64,000 nt of DNA from Octopus vulgaris (GCA_951406725.2 OX597819.1:49166001-49230000), one strand, 5' to 3'. Numbered from the stretch's first letter, positions 14,333-28,630 are shown. Made by a program: numbers and translations. The notes: generated from the sequence alone by a model not told the origin.

Positions 14333-14455
14333 TTAACATTGTTAAAAGTACGACATTTCAACATTTGTAATGACAAGCAGAATAACATTATAGACATTCC
14401 ATATATCAAAACTGTAGTGGGAACATTTGGCAATCAGTTCACTGTATCTGATGTC
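14333..14455 (+). CDS. Candidate 123-nt exon
   Basis: tctttgattttgtcccacag|LTLLKVRHFNICNDKQNNIIDIPYIKTVVGTFGNQFTVSDV|gtgagt; product not recognised. Confidence 0.25.
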
Positions 14456-15528
14456 GTGAGTCACTAGAATATTTCCCATGTCACTCAAAAGATCTTACCA
14501 ATCAAGACTCCACCTAGAACCAGGTCCAGCAACATTTTCATCTTTTGGTGCATTTCTTTCTGAGCCTAACCATCACTATATATTCAGCACACCTTAGCTT
14601 CTATGGAGAGATGAGCTGGCAGGCAGACAGCAGAGAGATGGTGGACAGCAGTTGACTGAAGCTGATAACAGTTAGAGTAATGAACAGGCAGCAAACAAAA
14701 CATTAGAAGATGGTAGGAAGACCAGCAGCTAATCACTGTTTGACTGCTGCTATAATCACAGCTATCCAAGAAAAATTATCTCCAAACTATTAATGTTTGT
14801 TGTTTGTAGCAATGACATTTTTCTTCATTTTCAAAATGAATAAATATTTTACTTATGAAAAATCTCAACAGATATCACTGTTCTTCTTTGTAAGAAGACT
14901 ATGAAAAATTCTACATTTTCTTACCATTTTTTAAATTTCTTATTTATATACCTGTCAGTGGTTTTTACATCTAAGTGATTGACCATATGTAATTTTTCCA
15001 TCTCATTAAACCCACAATTCAGTGAGTTCTATCTACTATGTCCAACTATTTAACAACTTCCCACTTTTCAAAATATCAAGACCTGAATTCTTCATCAAAC
15101 ATTCCAGAATTTATCTAACTTATTTAGCAGCTCTGATGGCAAATGAATATTCAGCTTAGAAGTCAAAATAGTTTAAATCTTACTATTGGAATATTGATGT
15201 ATGGGTAAAGGAAAAGCAATTAAGTAAAATTCCGTTTAAATATCAAGAAATGCAAGGCCAATTATTAACACTGACAATTACAAACAGGAAGTTGTTGACA
15301 AGTTTATGAATCTGGAGGCCAGAAATCAGCAGATACTTCTCTCTTGATGTTGAAATTGCACTGAGAATACTATAACCACCAAACAGCAGAAACTGAACAT
15401 ACACAGACTCACATTAAACTACACAGTTATAGTCAACCAAATTCCACTCACAAGGTGTTAGTCAACCTGAAGGCTATGAGAGGGGAAGTTTGCTCAAGGT
15501 GGTATGTATTGAGATCAAATCTAGAATC

Positions 15529-16019
15529 CAACATCCAACATCCAAGGTTTCATCACTCCTGAAGGAGGAACTGCTGTCTGTCTCTGGCAAGTCATGGCTC
15601 CAAATAGCAGGTGAGACCATTTTGCCATCTTGTCTTTGGTTGGCCTTTTGATCTTGTCCATTGTCTTATCCATTCTGTCACCCTGATTGTCCATCTGAAG
15701 AATAGCACTTGGTTGGGCAGCCTTTGGGAAGGTGGAAAACCCCTTGAGAAGTCCCAGGGCTTTCATGAAAATTAACAGAAAGATCTACAATGAGTGCATC
15801 CTGCCAGTCACGAGTTATGACAGTGAAATGTGGGTTCTTAACATTCCCATCATGAATGCCCTCATTGTAGCCCAATGGAAAATGGAATGAATCTTGCTTG
15901 GCATTACATTACAGGACAAGAAAACAAATGCCTGGATTTGACAGCATATAAGAGGCAACATCATCCTAAGAACCATCAAGGAGAACAAATATAGATGGGG
16001 TGGCCATATTGCATGTCTG
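15529..16019 (-). mobile_element. RTE-clade LINE 3' fragment with 5' inversion, inserted in a SINE
   Basis: Plus 15698-16017 encodes RIALGWAAFGKVEN..RKIYNECILPVTSYDSEMW..LLGITLQDKKTNAWI..KYRWGGHIA. Minus 15697-15540 continues RWTIRVTEWIRQWTRSKGQPKTRW..ARDR, followed by a (TTGGATG)n tail. TSD-like AATCTAGAATC (15518-28) / AATTTGGAATC (16020-30). Confidence 0.85.
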
Positions 16020-16348
16020 AATTTGGAATCATGTTGTTACAAAACAAAACTTTTAAACTATACAACCATGCCCATGACCACAGTTTATTCCTGGTATTAT
16101 TGCAGGAGAGAATTCACACAAAGTATTGGAGAAAATTGTCTAATCTTAAATTCCTTAATCTCATAATTTACGTTCATCTCAGCTTTCACAGATCACAGAA
16201 AGAGTTTTGTAGAAATTAATAACATTAAAACAGCTAAACATTAGAGAAAGTGAATGAATGTAAAGAGAAAAGGAAACTAAGTAAGAAACAACAGGAATAT
16301 GAGAAAGTATAAATAGAGAGAAAAAGTGAGATACAAAAGAACGTAAAT

Positions 16349-16651
16349 TCTCTCTCTTTTACTCTTTTACTTGTTTCAATCATTTGACTGTGGCCATGCT
16401 GGAGCACCGTCTTTAGTCAAGCAAATCGACCCCAGGACTTATTCTTTGTAAATTATTCAACTTATTCTATCGGTGTCTTTTGCCAAACTGCTAAGTTACG
16501 GGGACGTAAACACACCAGTATCGGTTGTCAAGCAATGTTGGGGGGACAAACACAGACACAAATATATACACACACACACATATATATGCATATACATATA
16601 TACGACGGGCTTCTTTCAGCTTCCATCTACCAAATCCACTCACAAGGCTTT
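16349..16651 (-). mobile_element. SINE family A, 3' part
   Basis: Reverse complement of the family A body and tail. Confidence 0.85.
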
Positions 16652-17955
16652 GTGGAACCAGATGTGGTTTCAGGTAAGTTGATATCAAAGGGAGTACCTG
16701 CTAACAATGGTTAAAATTTTCTTCTAAACACACAAATTACTTTCTTTGAAATTCAGTTTTTAATCTTATGAAATTATCTCCCTTCTTTTTTGAAAGTTGT
16801 ATATAAATGCTACTAGGTTTTTATTTTCTTTCTCCAACTAAAAGATGTATTTTAATTATTTAAGAAGTTTTTGCATTTGTCATTCAACACATAACCATTA
16901 GTGGCATACAGTCTTTGATGTCAAAGTGTGTGCTATCATGCTGAACTTACTAATCTGGCATAAGTATTGCTGAGACTTAAACATACATATTATAGGCTAT
17001 TTATACACATAATATAATATCAATCTGAAATCATTTTTGTTTCAGAGTATGTATTATTAAATTTGATAACAAATTATTGCCAGCTAATACCATGATACTG
17101 CAAGTGTAGAATTATTATACAGAAAATATACCATCTTTGAAGGATGTGCTGTGCTCATCAGATAGTACATGTCTGCCAGAATATATACTGCTGAATACCG
17201 ACTTCCTGAGCCATAAATACTGTAGATAACCCCAAGAGGGTTCAAATATTATTAGAAGCAATGAGATAGGTTTGTGGGGTTAATAGAATATGAAGTAAAT
17301 TTATTTAAAATTTCAGAATTGAAAACTAAAGTTTGAGAAAATATATTTGGGATATTCAGATTTCAAAGGAAATAATATATACAATTTTTTTAATTTGTAC
17401 CGGCTGCATAAAATCTTTCAGAAAGAAAACATCTGTTCTTTAACATGGCCACAGTCATATGACTGTAGCTAATTAAAAAATTTTCAAAAATTAGAACTAT
17501 CTCTATACCCCTGGCAAGTTTATGGGCACATGTTCTTCTTTAAATTACTTTAAAAAAATAAAATATTCCCTTGTTGATGCTAGGATTTTACAGGGTGTAA
17601 TAAAATTCTATTACTATATTTATTATATATATATGGGAAGTGGATGGGTATGTTAGACAAAATTCCCTATGGTATTTAATTACAGTCTTTTATGTTCTGA
17701 ATTCATATTCTGCCAACATCAACTTTGCTGTTCATCATTCTGGGGGTGGGTGGGGCGATGAGATAAGGAATCAATCAATTACAGGGGGTCAATTTAATCA
17801 ACTAAACCCTCAATACAAAAATATGTGACATTAAGCCCATGTTAGAAATCATTACTTTTTATTACTGGAGCCAGAAGTTCTCACTTTAAAATTTGGAATA
17901 CTTGAGTCAGCAGATCCCAATTTTCTTAAAAATAGGAACTACTTGACCATCAAAA

Positions 17956-17990
<35 letters not shown>

Positions 17991-18903
17991 AAAATAAATA
18001 AAAATAATAATGAATAATAAATGAAAAAGAATAAGATAAAATATCTAACTGGTGCTCCACCGGTTATGATGATAAGGTTTCTAGTTGATTTGATCAATGG
18101 ATCAGCCTGCTCATAAAATTAATGTGCAACTGGCTGAGCACTCCACAAGACACATGTACCCTTAATGTAGTTCTTAGGGAAATTCAGCACAACACATGAC
18201 ATGACAAAGCTGGCCCTTTGATATACAGGCACAACTCATTTTTGCAAGCTGAGTGGACTGAAGTAACATGAAGTAAAGTGTCTTGCTCAAGAACACAATA
18301 TGCCACTGGAAATCAAAGTCATGACCTTACAATTGTGAGTCAAATGCCCTAACTACTAATTAGCCTAAATTAAAAAAGAATAATAATACAAAAAAGAAAA
18401 AATCAGTGATGACAAAAATATATTCCAGGTCTCAAAACATTTAGGAAATAATGGATAAACTAATGCCAGTTACCTGATACCCAGTTTTAAAAAAAGGGTA
18501 GTGGGGCTTGCATGAACAGTGTAAGGCTAAATTAGCTGTTATCTCAGTTCTGGACTAATTTCTATCCCATATATGATTCACTGACACCATCAAGAGTGGA
18601 TAACAAAAAGTCAGAAGTTAAAATTTTGACAAGATCTGACTTAAAGGTTGCAAGTTACTGACCTGCACCTTTAAACAAATCACATTATTCTATTTTTCCT
18701 CCTTCATTTAAGCGAAAATAAAGTATCACTTTCACTCTGTAATTGAATACTTGGTATAAGACACCCAATTATAAAATTTAACTTTATAGATGTGTGAAAA
18801 CATCAGAACTAATTATCCATTCTCTATAAACACTCTTATTATATAATGGAAGGATGATGAACTAGAAGACTTGTTGGAGTCTTACAATATCTATTCTAGT
18901 TCT

Positions 18904-19342
18904 AAGGCGGTGAGCTGGCGGAAACGTTAGCACGCTGAAGGTGGAGAGCTAGCAGAAACGTTAGCATGCCGGGCGAAATGCTTAGCGGTATTTCGTCTGC
19001 CGCTACATTCTGAGTTCAAATTCCCCTTTTGGGGTCGATTAAATAAGTATCAGTTACACACTGGGGTTGATAAAATTGACTTAATCCATTTGTCTGTCCT
19101 TGTTTGTCCCCTCTGTGTGTAGCCCCTTGTGGGCAGTAAAGAAATAAGAAACCTTAGCATGCTGGATGAAATGCTTAGTGGTTACTTCATCTGTCTTTAC
19201 GTTCTGAGTTCAAATTCCACTGAGGTTGACTTTGCCTTTCAACCTTCTGGGGTCGATAAATTAAGTACCAGTTGGGGTCGGTCTAATTGACTGGACCCCT
19301 CCCCCAAAATTTCGGGCCTTGTGCCTAGAGTAGAAAAGAATA
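18904..19342 (+). mobile_element. Nested SINE B pair
   Basis: Inner copy flanked by GAAACGTTAGCACGCTG / GAAACCTTAGCATGCTG. Confidence 0.85.
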
Positions 19343-20911
19343 TTTGTTCTTGTTCTTTACAATCTGAGTTCAAATCCCACCATGGTCAGCTTTGCCTTTC
19401 ATCTTACTGGGATTGACAAAATAAAGTACTAGCCAAGGATTGGGGTTGATGTAATTGACCAGCCGAACTTCCCTCAAAATTGCTGAACTTGTGCATAAAA
19501 ATGATAACTTTTCGGACTGCAGTTATACTGAGGCCAGAAACAACAGTATGACCAAAGAATTCTGCGATTAAAAGAAATGCAGAAATTCCCAAACAAAATG
19601 CATAACCTGCAGTTTTATCATTCAATTGTCATTATACTCACTCAATGGAGTGAATTTATACTGTAGAGTAGCCGTGAAACCTGGAAAAATCCTGTGATTT
19701 GACCCATAAGCATTCAGATTACTCTGTCAAGTGTAATGCTTATTTATTCACATTGTTTTTAATTTATTATGCATTATCTCATAACTTTGAGATTTCGATG
19801 ATATGATTGTAAATTTTTTGAATGATACTGACTGGCTTCCATGCCGGTGGCACATAAAAAGCACAAACCGATCATGGCCATTGCCAGCCTCCCTTGGCAC
19901 CTGTGCCGGTGGCACGTAAAAAACATCCACTACACTCACAGTGGTTGGTGTTAGGAAGGGCATCCAGCTGTAGAAACACTGCCAGATCAGACTGGAGCCT
20001 GGTGCAGCCTCCTGGATTCCCAAACCCCGGTCGGACCGTCCAACCCATGCTAGCATGGAAAACGGACATTAAACGATGATGATGATGATGATGATGATGA
20101 TGTTAAGTAGATGTGAGAAGCTGGATCTAGCTGGTTTGAACATAGAACAGATAGAATATTTGGGCTAGATGTAGCCAGTTTAAATGCTAAAGGGTCAAAG
20201 CAGGAACTCTCTACACTATAGATTTCTCTCATCTTCAGAAATTCAAAATGGAGATGTAAGTGTTAGCATAGCTATGTTGTTAAGAAGTTCACTTCACAAC
20301 CCTGTGGTTCTGAGTTTGATCCTACTACATAGCACCTTGGGCAAATGTCTGCAACTAGAACTTCAGGTTGATCAATATCTTCTTAGTGGAATCTGGCAGA
20401 TGGAAACTATGTGGAAACCTCTGTGTGTGTGTGTGTGTATGGTATGTGTGTGTGTATGGTATGTGTGTGTGTATGTGTCCCTGATATATATGTGTGCCTG
20501 TGTGCGCACACACACACACACACACCTATATATATATATACATGTATATATATATGTGTGCATTCATGTGTCATATATATATGTATTTTGTGAACTTCAG
20601 GTTGATCAATATCTTAGTGGAATCTGGCAGATGGAAACTATGTAGAAACCTCTGTGTGTGTGTGTGTGTGTTATGTGTCCCTGATATATATGTGTGCCTA
20701 GGCAAGTGATATATATACATGAATGCCCGTATGTGCACGCACACACACACCTATATATATATGTATATATATTTGTGTGCATACACGTGTCATATATATG
20801 TATTTTGTGATCATGTGTGATACATATATATATGTGTATATATATATATATTTGTGTGTACATGCATATGATATATATATTTTTGTTAGCATGCATGTAT
20901 GTTGTATATGT

Positions 20912-20944
<33 letters not shown>

Positions 20945-21476
20945 CATGTACCAGTATAAGGTGGTGCACTAAGTGGCATCACTCTAATTGAAAAGTAACT
21001 TAGACATTTGTAAAATAGTGGTCAAAAAAAAGAAACAAGTATCAGACCGAAATGTGAACTGAGGTCAATACCATTGATTAAACCACTTTAAAACTGTGCC
21101 CCAGCATGGCCAGTGTCCAATGGCTGAAAGCACTAAAAATGTAAAATAGTATTTATGCAACAAACAACTTTTATAAAGTGATTCAATAGTAAAGCCTCAT
21201 TCACATATTGTATGTTGTGAAAACCACAACCAAAGGAGAACCTCCTTAAGGCTATGAAGTGATTAAGGTCAATAAGGGCAGTAAGTTGTAAAAGTAAAAA
21301 AAAAAAAAAATAACAAAAGACTAAAGATTAATATGCTGACTATATCTTAGCATCAAATAAAGTTGATAAAATCTAAACAAGCAAAATGAAAATAAAAACA
21401 GATTTCGCATGAGTGTCTCCACTCAAATTGGAAGACGAAAGTAAGAACACAAACATGCATGTTTTCACACACAATT

Positions 21477-21514
<38 letters not shown>

Positions 21515-22856
21515 ATGTAAATAGAAATATAATTATCATATCGACGTATATATATCCTGATTCACATTGATAAATTGCAATAATAATAACTGTGGCTCTT
21601 TTCATGCATTGCAGCAATGTTAAGGGTCTTTGCCACTAATGTAGGAATTAGATGCTTAGGGAACCATGAAATTAAACAAGAAACGACTATTACTAGATCA
21701 AAAATTTGATGTTTCAGTTTCTGGTGATTTGAGGGAAGATAAAAAATCATTAATCTTTGCCCCTAAAGAGCTGATGGTTCGGAAGTCATTTAGCTATAAC
21801 AACAGCAAGACTAAAGCAAAGTGCAATAATTTTTGTGGTTTACAGAAACTGTGCTAAACTATGAGGGAGAGAAGGAAAGAGAAAGAGAGAGAGAGAAAGA
21901 GGGAGAGAAGGAGAGAGAGAGAAGGGGAGAGAAAGAGAGAGAGAGAATACTTTTTTCTTTTCTTTTCTACTCTAGGCACAAGGCCCAAAATTTTTTGATT
22001 AGATTCACCCCAGTACGTAACTGGTACTTAATTTATCGACCCCGAAAGGATGAAAGGCAAAGTTGACCTCGGTGGAATTTGAACTCAGAATATAGCATCA
22101 AACAAAATACCGCTGAGCATTTTGCCCGGCATGCTAGCGATTCTGCCAGCTTGCTGCCTTACTCAAGCCAAGAATACTCACAGAACTACAACTGCTATTA
22201 CTACTGATGACTATCATCATAATAGTTATCACAACCACTACCACTCCTACTACTTCTACTACAACCACCACATCACTACTAGAACCATGAGCAGCACCAC
22301 CACCAGCCCCACCATCAATACTACTACTACTGCTGCAGCTGCTGCTGCTGTTAAGCCATCAGAGACATAAAGATCATAACAAAACCTCCATCTTAAAAAA
22401 CACACAAATCAATTTGCTCTCTTTTCTAAGAGATAGTATACATTGGATAATGTAGTATCAAGTTCACTGAATAAAAGATGGAATGGGCATGGTAGGAATG
22501 TCTTCTATATTAGTTCTGCTGGGCCTAATGCTAAATAGCAACAACAGAAGTGTCTTTGTCTTCTTCTTCAGTGATTTCCATGTCAGTACAGATTAACATC
22601 TTTTGGGCCAGCACACATCTATCTTCTACACCTCAGTGGTATTGTGGCAAAGTGATAACAATAACGGTGATAGGTAGGTTGATGTGCACCACTAACACCA
22701 TCACCAGTACCAGCACCAACACCAACGCCAATGCCAGCGCCACAGTTCAGATTTGATACATTGAGACAGCACTGCAACAGTTGTACTTTGATGCATTCTC
22801 ACTTTCAATATGCCATCAAAGTTAAGGCAGATTGTTGTTCAAGGGAGCCTCTATAT

Positions 22857-23175
22857 CAGGAGTTCCCAACCAGGATCCACATGGACCTTCAGGGATCCAC
22901 AGAAGCTTTAAGGGGGTCCACAAGTAAAAAATTGTAATTTGTGAGTCCATACATAAATTTTGTTTACTAGGACAGGCACCTGTATTTGTTGAAATTCTCA
23001 AGATTTGTATTTGGAATTTACGTTATGAATATAATGAAATTGTTTCATTGTTAGTTTTTACTAACCTACAAACAAATATTTTATTTCAAAAAATTTAGTT
23101 GTGCATATATGGGGCCCACTGATGATAAGATAGCTCACAGGGAGTCCATAAGCAAAATAAGATCGGGAACCCCTG
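22857..23175. mobile_element. hAT/Charlie-type MITE
   Basis: TIR CAGGAGTTCCCAA / TCGGGAACCCCTG; 8-bp TSD CTCTATAT / CTCTACAT. Confidence 0.8.
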
Positions 23176-23600
23176 CTCTACATAGTCATTCGACCTACTA
23201 ATAATAGCAACTAAATCTTCTGCAAATCACACCCAACCTTCTTTTTCTTTAAAAAAAAAAATAGTAGTACACACTTGATACATGTAAATATTACTATGTT
23301 TTAGTCAGAACAAGGATGCTTTTAATCATGTCTGCACTTCAGGATTGTATAGGAGCACAACAACTGCAACACTAACAACAACAACTAGTTTAGTGAGTTA
23401 ATAAAAGGGTTTTATTACATAGTAGTCAAAATCTTAAATCTTCACCAAATTCTAAAACAAGTATTATATTTTCTTGTGGTAAATGTTAGAAGAATGGATG
23501 CCAACCATTTTACTGCCACACATGGTGTACCATAAAAAATCATAAGTGTGCTATATTAATTTTGGATATTTGGAAAATCATAATAATTATCATTACTTGA

Positions 23601-23820
23601 TTACCCCTTTAGCATTCAAATTCTGTCAAATTTAATGCTTATATATTCACATTATTTTGAATTAATTATGCATTATCTCATAGCTTTGCGATTTCAATGA
23701 TATGTTTGTATAATTTTAGAATGACATTGTAGGGTAGGTGTAAGAGGCCAGATCTAGCTGGTTTGAACATAAAACAAATATTTGAGCTAGATATAGCTGG
23801 TTTAAATGCCAAAGGGTAAG
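23601..23820. mobile_element. TTAA-type MITE, uninterrupted copy
   Basis: TTACCCCTTTAGCATT...AATGCCAAAGGGTAA; body matches the 9097 and 30788 copies. Confidence 0.75.
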
Positions 23821-24089
23821 TTATGTAATGATATTGTTTATTTTTCTAGGCTACCATGAATTGGATGATTATATCATTCTTTTCTACTCTAGGCACAATG
23901 CCCGAAATTATGTTATTAAGGTATTGTTTTGCCACTGGATGTCCTTGTCACCAATCATTCCTTGTTTTTCAAGTCAAGGATTTCTTATTTCTTACCTCTA
24001 CGAAAGTGCAAAGCAGACAGATGATTCGTTGGCAACAATAAGCGACAACACCACCACCCTATCTTATGACTTTCACTGAGCAAAGATGT

Positions 24090-24128
<39 letters not shown>

Positions 24129-25049
24129 AACAATAAGAACAACAACAGGCTGTTTCAGTTTCTGTTTACAAATTTCACTCATGTGGCATTTGTGGGCAAC
24201 AAAAGAACACATTTGCCCAACATACCATGTAGCAGGATTGAACCCGAAACCATGTGGTTGGGAAGTGAAATTCTTAACCACAATGCCATGCCTGAACATA
24301 TATACTATATAATTCCAACCATTCATTACAAGCAAGCAATGCAGAGATATGAACAGATAAATTATAATGTACTTTCAATGAGTAGGTATAAACATAGAAA
24401 TTATATTATTTCTCTATCAGTCTCCACAGAGTGCATCCATAAATGGTAGATAGCGTAAAATACTTAGGCAATCATATACTAAACTCTCTCCACTTGGTAT
24501 CAATATTGATATTAAATTTACACACACACACACACACAAGTACTCTTCTTACATTTAGATAATAATGGCTACAATCATATGTTTGTATGTATTTATGAAA
24601 ATAAATAATATTAAGGTGAAAATATTGAATGTAATCATGTGCACGTATCAACCAATTATTGAACATTATTGGGTAGAACAATAATTATATAGTAACAATG
24701 CTAGAACAGTGGAATATTCTGTATTATTGTTCTTATATAACAAAGTGAGTAACTTGTTCTTACTTAGATGTATTAAGTTTTTATCATCTTGAATTGATTT
24801 ATTTCTTAATATTAAGAATATAACAGACATAGAAAGAGCTTTACATGACATTTTTATTTATTTTAACTTGTTCTTAAAAATGTGCAAAATAACCGTAATT
24901 TTTTTGGTTCAAGCTTAATATATAATCAAAAACAAGTTTACTATCAGAACACAACCACCCCTGCAAACTGAAAGTGAATTCAATGATACCAATGTGTGTC
25001 TATCAATGCTATCAACACCAGCTGCCATGAAGCAAAATTACTTATTTAT

Positions 25050-26840
25050 CAATATCATCCTACATATTTGTTGTTTGGTTTCACCTGCAAATGTGATGAT
25101 CCGCTGCTTCCCAAATGAGTCATGGATGCTTTCTTTCCAATGAGTCAATAGCTCCAAGCAAATAAAAGACATCTGGAGAAGCACCGTAACCACTTGAAGA
25201 ACAAGGAAATCAAAAAATTCAGGCAGCTGCTACAAACTAACAAACATGCAAATAAAAGAATGATTAACTAAGTAACAGTTTTTGATAGGGTTTCTCTTCT
25301 AGCAACATACAAGGCATCACTTATAATTAACAATTCACTCGAAGCTCATACAAGTTGTGAAACACTAGTTCTTTCATAGAAGATACAATGAAAGTTTCTG
25401 CCTGGAACAATACAGTATATCATTGCTTCCCACAGTTCATTTGCTATAGATTCTCATATTGCTTTAAAAAAATTCAAATGTCTAAAAGCCTTCACATTAC
25501 AGTTAAATGAGGGTACAGATGTCAGTGAGATGATTCAGCTCATGGAATTTATCTAATTTATAGGAGGTCAAATTATTTCAGTTCTTTTGTTACCACATAT
25601 TGGTAATTACAACTAAGGGTATGGATATTTTCATCTGTATGGCAGTTGCACATACAATATACACTAATGTCACAAAGGCAACAACAGGAGCTGTTAAAGA
25701 TTTTATTGAACATTCACAGTAGAAATTATCTCAACTCAATGTTTTTATAACTTGAGATCTTAATATGATGGGTTCTAAATGATGATCTCTACTCTGTACT
25801 TAATCAAAATGGAAGTGGCTAATTTTGTCAAATCAAGACCTTTACAATCTTATTTCTATATTGAAGTGCATTGGGTGTCTTACAATAAAGTACTGCAATT
25901 CATTATTTATGAACCAAAAAGATGAGAACACTGTTTCCAGAGAATGAAGATCTGCATTTGATCAACATTTATCAGATAATAGTGCTTGATAAGGATATCT
26001 CACTGGTATATCTCACAGCTAACTAAATTCTTTAAAGGAATTAAGGCAGGGAATACAAAAAAATTTAATTGTTTCAATAAATAAGGCAAACACCTTTCCC
26101 AGAAGGCTAGAGTCTTGCAAAAGTACCATTCAGAAGAAGGAAAAGTACCATTCAAAGTGTTTCCCCGTTTTTGCAACACAGAGACAAATGGCCATGCAAG
26201 AGTGTTAAAGATTCTAATATCTGAGGATTTAATTCAGCCACAAGACTTATTTACTACTTTCTCTTTCTATTAGTAATCTTCAATGGTTAGTTGTGCTGTT
26301 CTTTATGGATTTACACAATAGTTACCTCACTGCCACAGAACAAGACCAACTGACTGTCACATCCTGCATCATTTCATTAATATAAAAATTCAAAGAACTA
26401 TTGCTTAATACCTTCTGGATGTCAGTACAAAAAGAATGGTCAGAGAGTGCAGCGAAGACTTTAAAAGAGTCACTACCTTTTCCTAATTCACATTCATGTG
26501 AGTTGGTATTCTCATCAGTAACAAGCATCAAAATGAAAAAAACTATATTGCCCATTATTACTAAAGCTAAGCTGCACATGGTTTTATCAAATATTCCACT
26601 ACGGCTAAATGAAATTTGTAAAATCACATCAAAGTCAGGTGTTTCATTATTAGCTTAGTAACAAACACGCAAGCATCTTTTTTTTTTTTGTATTGCTTAT
26701 TTAAGGTAGATAATTTAATTAATCTTTCTGTGTTAAGATGGCTTCTTAGGACTTTTGAGAGCTAATTATCGGTGGATGAGCTACAAATTTTTTTATATTC
26801 TCTGGGTGTGCCATGTTCTGAGAAAGATTTAGAACCACTA
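25050..26840 (+). mobile_element. Decayed hAT (Charlie/Buster-type) transposase and right TIR
   Basis: FTLQLNEGTDVSEMIQLMEFI at 25491 (cf. FSLQLDESTD), IEVHWVSYNKVLQ at 25860 (cf. TEVRWLSRGKVL), and hAT dimerisation-like FWMSVQKEW...LPFPNSHSCELVFS..IKMKK in ORF 26401. Terminus ...AGAACCACTA. Many stops and frameshifts; left boundary approximate. Confidence 0.85.
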
Positions 26841-27182
26841 TCTTAGAACCACATGACAACATTAAAGATGGGATGGTTATAATTGAAATTTTGATTGAAT
26901 GTTTTGTTCAATTAACTAATTATGTGTCCTAATTAGTTCTACAGTAGAGAGTTGATGAAAATAATTCCAGTACCACAACAGTAGAACTACTATCATATGT
27001 TAGTAACAACTGCACCGCAATAGTAATGATTGAAACACAATATTACAGCTGCTGCTGCTGCCACTGACACTGACTGCCACTGCCACCACTCATGCATCAA
27101 TTAATTTTGGAAAAATAATCATGAATTTGGAGGGATTTAGTGAAATAACCAGATTTTTTTTCATTATTAAGTTACTGCTTAA

Positions 27183-27645
27183 AGTAGTGAGCTGGTAGAA
27201 TTGTTAGAGAAGGTGGCGAGCTGGCAGAAACGTTAGCACACCAGGTGAAATGCTTAGCAGTATTTCATCTACCTTCTGAGTTCAAATTCCACTGAGGTCG
27301 ACGTTGCCTTTCATCCTTTCAGAGTCAATAAATTAAGTACCAGTTACGCACTGGGGTTGATGTAATCGACTTAATCCCTTTGTCTGTCCTTGTTTGTCCC
27401 CTCTATGTTTAGCTCCTTGTGGGCAATAAAGAAATAAGAATTGTTAGAGAATCAGAAAAATTGCCTTTGTGGTATTTCTTTTGGCTCATTACACAGTGGG
27501 TTCAAATCCTGTCAGGTTCAAACTCATCTTTCATTCTTTTAGGGTTGATAAAATAAAATACCAGTTAAGTACAGTGGTCAATAGTGCCAACTAGCTCCAC
27601 TTCCCATAAAATTGCTGGTCTTGTGCCTAAATTAGGAACTGTTAT
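27183..27645 (+). mobile_element. Nested SINE B pair
   Basis: Inner copy flanked by AGAATTGTTAGAGAA on both sides. Confidence 0.85.
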
Positions 27646-28030
27646 TAAGTTGGTGTTTGGAACATATCTTAGCAAAGACAGTCTTACATAAAATTATATT
27701 ATGATGGAGAGGTTCAACAAAAATATGAATGGTTTAAAATGAAAAGTTTAGTGCCAAAGCCAGAGGCAATTTCAAGTGAGTCTGTATTGAAAGGGTTAAA
27801 AGTACTGGGGAGGAAGTAGTCAATTCATCTCTCACCTGAATTGGCAATATTGCACAATGAGAAAGGCTGTACTCTTTTTTTTCAGAGAAGGGAAAAAGAA
27901 AGGAGTGGTGAGTGGCTTCTAGTAACTAGTTCTCAAAGAAAAACTTCTTAATGTTAAACATTGACTTTTTCAATAAGTAAATTGAAATACTTATATTCTC
28001 TTGATTTTTTGTAATTCAGACCACCTCGTA

Positions 28031-28630
28031 GTTCCAGCAGACAAAACGGAAAAGGTGTTCCCCCAAAAGATGGTGAGGGAGATGTGCTGGAATAGCCATT
28101 TTGACTCATGGGGCTTGCACTTGTGGTTAGCTATCTTTGCCCCAACAGTGGTAAGCAGGGGTATGGTCCAGGGGCCAAGAACATCAGAGGTCTCCTCTGC
28201 CACAAGCTCAACCATAAACCTGATACTGTGACAGTTTGCTTTTCTCAATCTGATGAGCAGCAGAGCCTGGGCTGGTAGCTGAGCACACCAAGTTGCCATT
28301 GGAGGTGGTGTTATAGCATGTGGCATCCCAGATGAAGGGACTACTACTCTGGAACGGGATAATTGTCATATCATCAGGCTTTTTACCATCCCCTTGGTCT
28401 AGCCCCACTGACCCAAGCTGGGAAGGGAAATCACTGGCATCAAGGCCATGTTTTATGATTTTGTTAAGGGCAGCATGACATCAAAGGTAGCTAGCACTAT
28501 GATGACATGACAATGGGTGGAGGCTGAAAGGATCCCTAGTGGATCTGCAGTAGCATTTGTAAAGCTCACAGATCAGAAGGCCAAGCCTTAGGGAAGTGCA
28601 AATGAAAAGATTTCTTATTGACACTATCCA
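28031..28630 (-). mobile_element. RLE-type (CRE-like) non-LTR retrotransposon C-terminal fossil
   Basis: Zn-knuckle remnant C.C...HPLSC...HAALN, then GDGKKPDDMTIIPF..FIWDATC...PGSAAHQIEKSKLSQY and (frameshifted) VAEETSDVLGP...WLFQHISLTIFWGNTFSVL, a PD-(D/E)xK restriction-like endonuclease pattern. Confidence 0.8.
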
